Below are positions 7,068-13,913 of a stretch of 24,000 nt of DNA, piece after piece. The translations under genes were made by a program, and so were the position numbers. The DNA is from Candidatus Methylocalor cossyra (GTDB taxonomy: Bacteria; Pseudomonadota; Gammaproteobacteria; Methylococcales; Methylococcaceae), in NCBI RefSeq assembly GCF_964023245.1, contig NZ_OZ026884.1, positions 220,026 to 244,025 on the forward strand, read 5' to 3'. Below the pieces are notes generated by a model. The model was not told the DNA's origin, did not search any database, and was given only the letters and a program-made list of their open reading frames with translations. Positions within the stretch are counted from its first letter, which is position 1. Every line of letters begins with the position of its first letter.

Positions 7068-8657
7068 TTAAGATCGATGGAAGGCTTTCAAGGGATCCTG
7101 GAATACGCAATTGAGCCGCTTGATATCGTCCAGGGTCCACAACTTGTCGCCGCGAACGTGGGGTTGGGCGATCAGGGTTTTGCCGTCGCTGCGCACGCCG
7201 TGGAGCTCCTTGATCACCTCGGAGAGCTCGCGCCCTTCGTATTGCTCGAAGATGTTCTGGCACTCATAGCGCTCCGGCTCCTGCAGCCACATGCGTTCGC
7301 CCCACTGGTCGCTGAAGGAGTGCAGCTTGCCGTTGTACTCGTGCACGCGCAGGGTGCTTTCCCCCTTGGCCAGGCTGGGGCAGAACGGCACCTGGGACAC
7401 GCGGTCGATATAGATCGGGTGGCCGTTCTCGATGAACCACATCAGCGGAATGAAGCCCGAGGCCGGATCCTCGCAGCCGCGCGCCCGCCATTCCTCGTAG
7501 ATCTTGCCGTAGTGGTTGTACCAGCCGGGGTAGTTGGCCTCGAACCATTCCATCTCTTCCTGATCCGGCAGCGCCAAGCGGAAGAAGCCGGTCGGCCACA
7601 GGGCATAGGCCAGCATGAACAGGTCATGGTGCGCCCAATAGGCGTCCTTCTTGGCGTCCCGCAGGCTGGCCGGCGACTGTACCCCGTACTTGCCCAACCG
7701 GCCGATCCAGATGCCGCCCCAGTCCTCGTACACCCAGCGGTTCCAGGTCTTCACCCAGGGCTCCACCTTGTACTTGCTGCCGTACTCGAACAGCATGCCC
7801 AACACGGGTGTGAAGTACTTTTGCTGAGTCCAGAAGGCGTTGTTGAGGTCGACATTGATGTACTTGGAGCACACCGGATCGTTGGCGATGGACACCACCG
7901 TCTGGTAGCCGTTGGCCATGTGGCGCAGCTCGTCGGTCTCGATGGACAGGAACACCGTGGGCGTGATCTCGTCGCCGTTGGCGGCGGCCCATTCGGTGAT
8001 GGCCACGATCAGAGGATTGGTGAAACAGGCTTCGCCCACCAGCTGCAGGTTGAGGGAGCACTCCACCGCGTCGCCGGAAATGAAGCCGTCGGAGAACACC
8101 CGCTTCATACCCTTCCACAGCGGGCCGATGGTCCGGGTACGGCGAGCGTCGTTGTGCCCGGCCGGATCGTGATAGTACTTGGCGTAGTAATAGTTCACAT
8201 AGGCACACTGATTGGTGTGGCGGATCTCGTCCTGCACCTGGGCTAGGTAGCCGTTCTTCTGCTCCGCGGCGGTGGCGCAGTCCCACAGCATGGCGGACGC
8301 CGCGATGGCGTTGTATTCACCGACTTCGAGGAAATTCGAGGCGACCTTCATGGTTTCGCCCCACTTGGGATGGATGCGATTGCCGGCGTTCAGGCGGGTC
8401 AGGGCATCCTGCAGGCTGCCGAACTGCCGTTCGTCCTTCACCGACTCCATGCGCGCGTATTCCTTGGCGATGAGTTTGAACTGCTCCTTGGTGTCGAAGG
8501 ACATCTTGTACTTGGTGGCGTACTTCGTCCGGTTGTTCTTGAAGCTCCAATTGAAGCTCTGCATCCAACGATGTACTTCCTGCGCCCCGACCGTGGTCGG
8601 TGCCCGATGGGCCGCCAGCGCATCGGTCGCGGCTTGGGTTGCGGCACTGATTGCCAT
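7068..8657 (-). CDS. mmoX: sMMO hydroxylase alpha subunit MmoX (diiron carboxylate), 529 aa
   Basis: I trimmed ORF 7068..8705 to ATG 8657 (MAISAATQAATDALAA...), which is preceded by AGGAGG. Both diiron ligand motifs are present: EVGEYNAIAA...QVQDEIRH and SIETDELRH. Long stretches are identical to Bath MmoX as remembered (for example RTRTIGPLWKGMKRVFSDGFISGDAVECSLNLQLVGEACFTNPLIV). Confidence 0.97.
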   Translation of the reverse strand: MAISAATQAATDALAAHRAPTTVGAQEVHRWMQSFNWSFKNNRTKYATKYKMSFDTKEQFKLIAKEYARMESVKDERQFGSLQDALTRLNAGNRIHPKWGETMKVASNFLEVGEYNAIAASAMLWDCATAAEQKNGYLAQVQDEIRHTNQCAYVNYYYAKYYHDPAGHNDARRTRTIGPLWKGMKRVFSDGFISGDAVECSLNLQLVGEACFTNPLIVAITEWAAANGDEITPTVFLSIETDELRHMANGYQTVVSIANDPVCSKYINVDLNNAFWTQQKYFTPVLGMLFEYGSKYKVEPWVKTWNRWVYEDWGGIWIGRLGKYGVQSPASLRDAKKDAYWAHHDLFMLAYALWPTGFFRLALPDQEEMEWFEANYPGWYNHYGKIYEEWRARGCEDPASGFIPLMWFIENGHPIYIDRVSQVPFCPSLAKGESTLRVHEYNGKLHSFSDQWGERMWLQEPERYECQNIFEQYEGRELSEVIKELHGVRSDGKTLIAQPHVRGDKLWTLDDIKRLNCVFQDPLKAFHRS

Positions 8658-8759
8658 AGAGGTCCTCCTGCTTGAAAGGATGATCGAAACGGGTTGCCGC
8701 CCCACCGCTTCCGGTCAAGCCTGGAAGCAAGGGCGTGCCAATCCACGCTTTCTATTTAG

Positions 8760-8774
8760 GCAACCGGCGTGCCA
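8760..8774 (-). promoter_or_regulatory. sigma54 (-24/-12) promoter of the mmoX operon
   Basis: The minus strand reads TGGCACGCCGGTTGC, a perfect match to TGGCAC-N5-TTGC. The predicted start site is near 8748, which gives a leader of about 90 nt to the mmoX ATG. This fits the sigma54 activator MmoR in the cluster and the known sigma54 dependence of mmoX. Confidence 0.78.
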
Positions 8775-8802
8775 GCTCTATTTACTGGAATTCGCCACGG
8801 TT

Positions 8803-8815
8803 AATCAGTAGCTTA
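8803..8815 (+). promoter_or_regulatory. candidate IHF binding site upstream of the sigma54 promoter
   Basis: AATCAGTAGCTTA fits WATCARNNNNTTR. It lies in the only AT-rich patch of the intergenic region, centred about 35 to 40 bp upstream of the -24 element. That is the usual position for IHF at sigma54 promoters. Confidence 0.4.
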
Positions 8816-9049
8816 CGTAAAGCTCTAGGGAGGTACGGGGCAGGCTGTCCGAAACCCGAACAAACCGCGGGGTACGATTTCGGATCTTCGTCCGGTTTCC
8901 GGACGCTGGGCTCGGGAGGGAGGAGCTACCGGGGGTAGGAACCGGAAGCGGGACGCCATGGTGCACGCCCGGCTCGGAAGCGCCGGGCGTCCACCGCCGA
9001 CCCAGCACCGCCCGGACGGCGGAGCAGCAAGCCGCCGTGGTCCGGGGGG

Positions 9050-9736
9050 TCAAGCCTTGGCTTGGCGGCTGATTTGCTCCACCAAGTCCGGCGCGAGCTT
9101 TAGGGCCTCGGCCAAGCGGCGCAGATAGGCCGCCTCCTCGGCATTCTGTTCGTCGATCACCAACAGCGAGGTCAGGTAAATTTCCGCCGCGGCCGCGGGG
9201 GAATCGGCGGCGGCGGCCACGTCTTGGGGATCCAAGGGCTTAGCCAGCTCCTCCTTGAGGAAGGCCGCCAGGGCGCTATCGATGCCCAGCTTCTGCACGT
9301 GCTCGTCGATCCGGGCGCGTTCGTTGTCGTCGATGTGGCCGTCCGCCTTGGCAGCGGCGATCATCGCCTTGAGCAATCCCCGGCTGCGCTGCTCCGCCGC
9401 CGGGCCGCTCAGGCGGTCGATGGGGGCACCCGGCTCGGCCGCCCCCGGGCCCTGTTGCGCCTGCCAGTTCTGGTAGGCCTGATAGGCCAGGCCACCAAGG
9501 GCCGCCAGGCTCCCCAGTTTCAAGGCCGGGCCGGTGATCTTGCGGCCGGCGCTGGTGCCGAGCAGGAGCGCCAGAATGCCGCCCAAGGCGGCCCCTTTTC
9601 CCAAGCCCTGGACCGATGCCTCGCGCTCGGGTCCCTGTTGCGGGATGTCCAACCGCTGCTCGGCCGCGGTTTGGCTTTTCTGGGCCAATTCTCGCCCGGC
9701 CTCCAGCAGTTGATCGATGATGGCACGGTAATCCAT
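9050..9736 (-). CDS. DUF533 / YebE-like TerB-family inner membrane protein, 228 aa
   Basis: I trimmed ORF 9050..10045 to ATG 9736 (RBS GGAAGGAG). It has a Gly/Ala-rich TM segment (GKGAALGGILALLLG) and a C-terminal TerB-like motif LLKAMIAAAKADGHIDDNERARIDEHV, typical of YebE/DUF533 proteins. Confidence 0.8.
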   Translation of the reverse strand: MDYRAIIDQLLEAGRELAQKSQTAAEQRLDIPQQGPEREASVQGLGKGAALGGILALLLGTSAGRKITGPALKLGSLAALGGLAYQAYQNWQAQQGPGAAEPGAPIDRLSGPAAEQRSRGLLKAMIAAAKADGHIDDNERARIDEHVQKLGIDSALAAFLKEELAKPLDPQDVAAAADSPAAAAEIYLTSLLVIDEQNAEEAAYLRRLAEALKLAPDLVEQISRQAKA

Positions 9737-10059
9737 GGTCGACTCCTTCCCAAAATGGTCCCGATTGACGTCCGCCGTGCCGGCCGTGCCGCCGGGAGAA
9801 CCGCCGGTCCAGGCCGCACCTCCCGAGTATGCGCCCGGTCGAGCCCAAACGGAAAGCCCTCGGAAGGGGGAGGAATGGCCCCGCACCGACCGGTCCCTAT
9901 CGACGTTTTCCGGATAGTGGCGGTGATACACCCTTGCTAAGCTGCGAGCGTTCGGGCGTCCATGGGCGGGAGGCAGGCGATGCACCCGTCCCCGCCAGGG
10001 CGCGGGAGGGTGCCAGTGGGCGAGTTTTCCAGGGCCTAATAGCAAACGGAGTAGTGACC

Positions 10060-11100
10060 ATGGCGATCAATCTGGTCGAAGCCATCACGGAGTACCTGAA
10101 GGGCCCGTTAATCAACCAGCTGGCCGGGGTGATCGGCGAGAGCCCGGAAAAAACCCGCACCGCCACCGCCGGTATCGTACCGGCGCTGTTGTCGGGGCTG
10201 GCGGGAACGGCCTCGAAGCCGGAAGGGGGCAATGTCCTAGGGAGCCTCCTGGACAAAGTGGACGACGGCCTGCTCGACCAACTCGGCGGCCTCCTGGGAG
10301 GACCTAAGGCCGGCGCGCTGTCCGAGAGCGGCGGCGGGCTACTCTCCAGCCTGTTCGGCGAACAACCCCTAGCCGCCCTGGTCGCGGGGGTCGCCCGCTA
10401 TGCCGGAATCGATGGCGAGGCGGCGAAGAGCCTGCTGGGCTTCCTGGCGCCGGTGGTGTTGGGCGGACTGAAACGCTTGATGCGGAGCCAAGGCTTGAAC
10501 CTGGGCGGGCTGGTCGACCTGCTGCGGAACCAGAAGGACAACCTAGTCAAGGCCCTGCCCGCCGGCCTGGCCAGCGCCCTGGGTAGCACCGGCTGGCTGT
10601 CGAGCGCGACCAGCCCCACCCAAGCCTTCGCCAGCCGCGTGCCGGAACCCGCGGCCGGTGGCACTCCCTACCTGAAATGGGGGCTGTTGGCGCTGGGTTT
10701 GCTGCTCCTGGGCATCCTGGCGACCCGCTGGTTTTCCAGCGAAACTGTGACCGAGCCGCCGCGGACGGGGGAGGCGCCCGCGCCCACCAACATCGCCGAT
10801 CAGCTGACCCAGGTCCTCGGCACCGCCAACAGCACCCTAAGATCCATCACCAATCCGGAAACGGCGCAAGCCGCCCTGCCCACCCTCAGGGACGTCAATC
10901 TGCAGTTGGAGGAGTTGCGGGTCGCGGTGGATAAAGCGCCACCCGCCACCAAGGATATGGTGGCCGGCCGCGTGAGCCACGTGTTGCCGACCTTGCAGGC
11001 AGCCATCGACGAAGTACTGGCCATACCCGGGGTGGCCGCCGTGGCCCGCCCGACCCTGGAAGTGTTACGGCGGAATTTGGCGGCGCTCGCCCCGGCGTGA
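10060..11100 (+). CDS. DUF937-like membrane-anchored protein, 346 aa
   Basis: I trimmed ORF 9829..11100 to ATG 10060 (MAINLVEAITEYLKGPLINQLAG...). It has repeated Gly/Leu-rich LLGGLLGG-type segments typical of DUF937, one TM helix (WGLLALGLLLLGILATRWF) and a helical C-terminal domain. The family assignment is from memory only. Confidence 0.6.
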   Translation: MAINLVEAITEYLKGPLINQLAGVIGESPEKTRTATAGIVPALLSGLAGTASKPEGGNVLGSLLDKVDDGLLDQLGGLLGGPKAGALSESGGGLLSSLFGEQPLAALVAGVARYAGIDGEAAKSLLGFLAPVVLGGLKRLMRSQGLNLGGLVDLLRNQKDNLVKALPAGLASALGSTGWLSSATSPTQAFASRVPEPAAGGTPYLKWGLLALGLLLLGILATRWFSSETVTEPPRTGEAPAPTNIADQLTQVLGTANSTLRSITNPETAQAALPTLRDVNLQLEELRVAVDKAPPATKDMVAGRVSHVLPTLQAAIDEVLAIPGVAAVARPTLEVLRRNLAALAPA

Positions 11101-11200
11101 TCGCGCCCCTGCCGAAACCCTGGCCCGCCCGTGACGGCTCGGCCAACCCCCCACGCCGGAAGGCGCCCGGCGCCCCGGCCCAAACCCGAAGGAGCGACCT

Positions 11201-11671
11201 ATGAGCTTGCTGGATTTCGCGAAGAACATCGGCCGAAACCTGTTTTCCTCCCCCGAAGATGCAGCGGCCAAAATTAAGCAGCATATCGAGGAGGACAACC
11301 CGGGCGTGCACAACCTGGATGTGGTGTTCCAGGACGGCGTCGTGACCTTGCGCGGCACGGCCGACTCCTGGGAGGCGGCGGACAAGGCCCTGTTAATGGC
11401 GGGCAATGTCCAAGGGGTAGGCAAGGTGGCCTCGGAACTCGCCGTCACCCCCGCCGACGGCGGCGCCGCGGCGCCCCAGGGATCGACGGCGGCGCCTCCG
11501 GGAGCGGTGGAGTACTACACCATCCAAGCGGGCGATACCCTGACCGCCATCGCCAAGCGCTTCTATGGCGACGCCTCCCAATACCCCCGATTGTTCGAAG
11601 CCAACCGTGAGGTGATCAAGGACCCGGACAAGATCTTCGTCGGCCAGACGATCCGGATTCCGAAAGCCTGA
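11201..11671 (+). CDS. kbp: BON + LysM domain protein, Kbp/YgaU homolog (potassium-binding protein), 156 aa
   Basis: It is colinear with E. coli Kbp/YgaU. The N-terminus reads MSLLDFAKNIG, followed by a BON region (VVTLRGTADSWEAADKALLMAGNVQGVGKV). The C-terminal LysM domain reads YYTIQAGDTLTAIAKRFYGDASQYPRLFEANREVIKDPDKIFVGQTIRIP. A strong RBS (GAAGGAG) is present. Confidence 0.85.
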   Translation: MSLLDFAKNIGRNLFSSPEDAAAKIKQHIEEDNPGVHNLDVVFQDGVVTLRGTADSWEAADKALLMAGNVQGVGKVASELAVTPADGGAAAPQGSTAAPPGAVEYYTIQAGDTLTAIAKRFYGDASQYPRLFEANREVIKDPDKIFVGQTIRIPKA

Positions 11672-11727
11672 ACTCCACTCCCCGACGGCCACGGCCCGGT
11701 CGGCCCCTCCCCGACGGGCCGTTCGGG

Positions 11728-12471
11728 CTAATTCCCCTCCCGCAGCGAAGCGCGGCGCGCTGCCACGTTGAGGGCCGCGCTCCCTTGCTCGAACCACCGG
11801 TACGACAGCCCCGCCAGCACCGCGCCGGCGATGGGGGCGAGCCAGAAGGCCCACAGCTGCACCAACGCCCAGCCCCCGGCGAACAGCGCCGGCCCGGTGC
11901 TGCGGGCCGGATTGACCGAAAGGTTGGTCACCGGGATCCCCACCAGATGGATTAAGGTCAAGCCCAAACCGATGGCGATGGGGGCAAAGCCCACGGGCGC
12001 GCGGCCATCGGTGGCGCCGAGGATGATGATCAGGAACATGAAGGTCAGCACCAGCTCCGCCAACAAGGCCGAACCGAGGGCGTATCCCCCGGGCGAGTGC
12101 TCGCCGTAGCCGTTGGCCGCGAACCCGGCGCTAGGGTCGAAGTCGGCTGTCCCGCTGGCGATCAGGTACAGCACCGCCGCCGCCAAAATCGCCCCCGCCA
12201 CCTGGGAGACCACGTAGGGGGCCAATTCACCGGGCGCGAATCGGCCTGCGCAGCTGAGGCCGATGGAGACCGCCGGATTCAGGTGGCAGCCGGAAATGTG
12301 GCCAATGGCGTAAGCCATGGTCAGGACAGTCAGACCGAAGGCGAGGGCGACCCCCAGGAACCCGATGCCGAGCTCCGGAAACTTGGCGGATAACACCGCG
12401 GCCCCGCAGCCGCCGAAAACCAGCCAAAAGGTTCCGAGCAGTTCGGCGATACATCGTTTGAATAATGACAT
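11728..12471 (-). CDS. aqpZ: aquaporin Z, 247 aa
   Basis: I trimmed ORF 11728..12618 to ATG 12471 (RBS AAGGAG). It has two NPA boxes (HLNPAVS and SVNPARS) and an AqpZ-like N-terminus ([27 protein letters not shown]). Confidence 0.93.
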   Translation of the reverse strand: MSLFKRCIAELLGTFWLVFGGCGAAVLSAKFPELGIGFLGVALAFGLTVLTMAYAIGHISGCHLNPAVSIGLSCAGRFAPGELAPYVVSQVAGAILAAAVLYLIASGTADFDPSAGFAANGYGEHSPGGYALGSALLAELVLTFMFLIIILGATDGRAPVGFAPIAIGLGLTLIHLVGIPVTNLSVNPARSTGPALFAGGWALVQLWAFWLAPIAGAVLAGLSYRWFEQGSAALNVAARRASLREGN

Positions 12472-12821
12472 GGAAAAATACTCCTTGAGATAGCGTTCGC
12501 GCTGCCCGCCAGCGCCACGGAATGGAAGGCAGCTCCGTAAGTCTTGCCCGCGCCAAGGGCCGTGGGACTTCCGAACCGGCATCGGTACCAGGGCAAGCGT
12601 CTGCCGGGGTGCTGGCAACCCCGATTATCGTCGTCCTTTTCCGGCGCCGGCCAATATCCGGAAATCGTCGATCTACCCTTGGCTGTAACAGAATTATCGA
12701 GGACTTAGGTAATCGCGCGGTCATCCTTTGGGGGGATTGACCTTAATTGTCCGGCATGGATTTATTGCGCGGTGTGGCCTCTATATAACAAGAACCGAGA
12801 ATGGGAAATAAGGAGCCATGA

Positions 12822-13826
12822 ATGGCGACACTATTTGTCCCGGGCATCGCTTGGTCTCGGGAATGGCGGGGTATCGACGATCTGCCGAAACGATTTGCGC
12901 CCGGGTGGGGTGGGGCGTGCGTCCGGTTTCCCGAACGGGATATTCGGGTCGCCGTGCAGTTTTTGCAAACCGGCCGCCTGCAGCTGGCCCGTGAAACCTG
13001 GCCGGCGGGATTGGCGGCCCACTGCACCTGCCCGGCGGGAGCCGTCGTTCTGGGCTGGGTGATGGGCAGGCCACCCGTGGCCCGCCTGCGGGGACGGATG
13101 GTTTCGCCCGGGCAGCTGTTCATCGCCCTGCCGAGTGATGGATTCCAACTCGTCGCCCTCCAGGGCTTGGTTTTTTTCTGGCTGGCCGTGGAGCGGGACA
13201 CCCTGGAGCGCCACACCCAAACCCTGTGGGGCGGTGAGCTTAAGCCCTCCCAACGCCTGGCGCTGAACGATGCCGACCGCTTGCCACGGGTGTGGACCCA
13301 GACCCTGGCCATGGGCCTTCGACATCCCGGCGCGCTGACCCAACCCGGCACGGCCCTAGCGCTCGAAGACCAGCTGCTGGAAGCGCTGCTGCGGTCCATC
13401 GTACCCGGTTCCGACCACGGCGCCGGGGCACCCGCCCAGCGCCATCGGGCGCTGCAACGGGCGGTCGCCTATCTGGAGGTCCACGCCGGGGAGCCGGTGA
13501 CCCTGACGCAGCTATGCCGGGCTGTCGGCAGTAGCGCAAGGCCCTTGGAATTGGCCTTCCGGGAATGCTTCGATCTCACCCCTAAGTCCTATCTGCAACT
13601 CCGGCGGCTTTGCAAAGCCCGCGGCGACCTGCGCAGCCTGGATCCGGCGGCAACCACGGTGACCGAGATCGCCACCCGGTGGGGCTTCTTCCACCTCGGC
13701 CGCTTTGCCCAGGACTACCGGCGGCTGTTCGGGGAGTCCCCCCGGGAAACCTTGTACCGCCGATCCCAGCCGGCGCGCTCGGTGACGGTCGTGAAAGCGG
13801 GCCCTCGCCCCCAGCCAGCGGCCTGA
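12822..13826 (+). CDS. AraC-family transcriptional regulator, 334 aa
   Basis: The C-terminus holds a double HTH typical of AraC/XylS: LTQLCRAVGSSARPLELAFRECFDLTPKSYLQLRRL...VTEIATRWGFFHLGRFAQDYRRLFGESP. The RBS is AAGGAG. It is divergent from aqpZ. I did not recognise the N-terminal domain. Confidence 0.85.
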   Translation: MATLFVPGIAWSREWRGIDDLPKRFAPGWGGACVRFPERDIRVAVQFLQTGRLQLARETWPAGLAAHCTCPAGAVVLGWVMGRPPVARLRGRMVSPGQLFIALPSDGFQLVALQGLVFFWLAVERDTLERHTQTLWGGELKPSQRLALNDADRLPRVWTQTLAMGLRHPGALTQPGTALALEDQLLEALLRSIVPGSDHGAGAPAQRHRALQRAVAYLEVHAGEPVTLTQLCRAVGSSARPLELAFRECFDLTPKSYLQLRRLCKARGDLRSLDPAATTVTEIATRWGFFHLGRFAQDYRRLFGESPRETLYRRSQPARSVTVVKAGPRPQPAA

Positions 13827-13913
13827 GTCCCGCTCCCTCCTTGCCCCATCGCCTTGGGCGGGGTTTCTGTTTTAAGCTTCCCGCCCCTGTCACTCCCCTT
13901 AGGCTTTCTTCCT

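Noticed and set aside
7077-8246. A 389-aa plus-strand ORF lies antisense to mmoX. Similar long antisense or out-of-frame ORFs occur inside mmoG (1934..2692, 1881..2381), mmoY (6242..6790, 6270..6863), rep (13899..14801), hrpA (21928..22899) and the phytase-like gene (19702..20412).
   Set aside because: In GC-rich DNA, stop codons are rare in non-coding frames. These translations are low-complexity and rich in Arg, Pro, Gly and Ala. They carry no recognisable motifs and fully overlap genes with unambiguous homology. I treat them as frame artefacts.
8735-9053. ORFs 8735..8938 (+) and 8805..9053 (-) in the mmoX upstream intergenic region.
   Set aside because: Neither has an SD. Both have low-complexity Ser/Pro/Arg/Gly composition and overlap the promoter and enhancer region. 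They are more likely non-coding regulatory DNA.
9721-9738. TGGCACGGTAATCCATGG on the plus strand at the start of the DUF533 gene.
   Set aside because: It has only the -24 half (TGGCACG) and no TTGC at -12. It overlaps the start codon of the minus-strand gene and points into the divergent intergenic region with the wrong geometry.
11678-11717. An 11-nt direct repeat, CTCCCCGACGG, occurs twice (11678..11688 and 11707..11717) in the kbp/aqpZ convergent spacer, with weak 5-bp hairpins.
   Set aside because: The repeat is short and GC-rich, and the stems are only 5 bp without U-tracts. These are probably just weak terminator-like structures, not a repeat element.
12613-12629. A TGGCAA...TTATC element resembling a sigma54 -24 box on the plus strand, upstream of the AraC-family gene.
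   Set aside because: No GC dinucleotide sits at the -12 position with correct spacing (TGGCAACCCCGATTATC). It does not fit TGGCAC-N5-TTGC.
12619-12633. The motif CCCC(G)ATTATCGTCG is shared between the aqpZ/AraC intergenic region and 18500..18513, downstream of the ABC transporter.
   Set aside because: The exact match is only about 10 nt (ATTATCGTCG). Matches of that length are expected many times by chance within 24 kb, and no extended flanking similarity is present.
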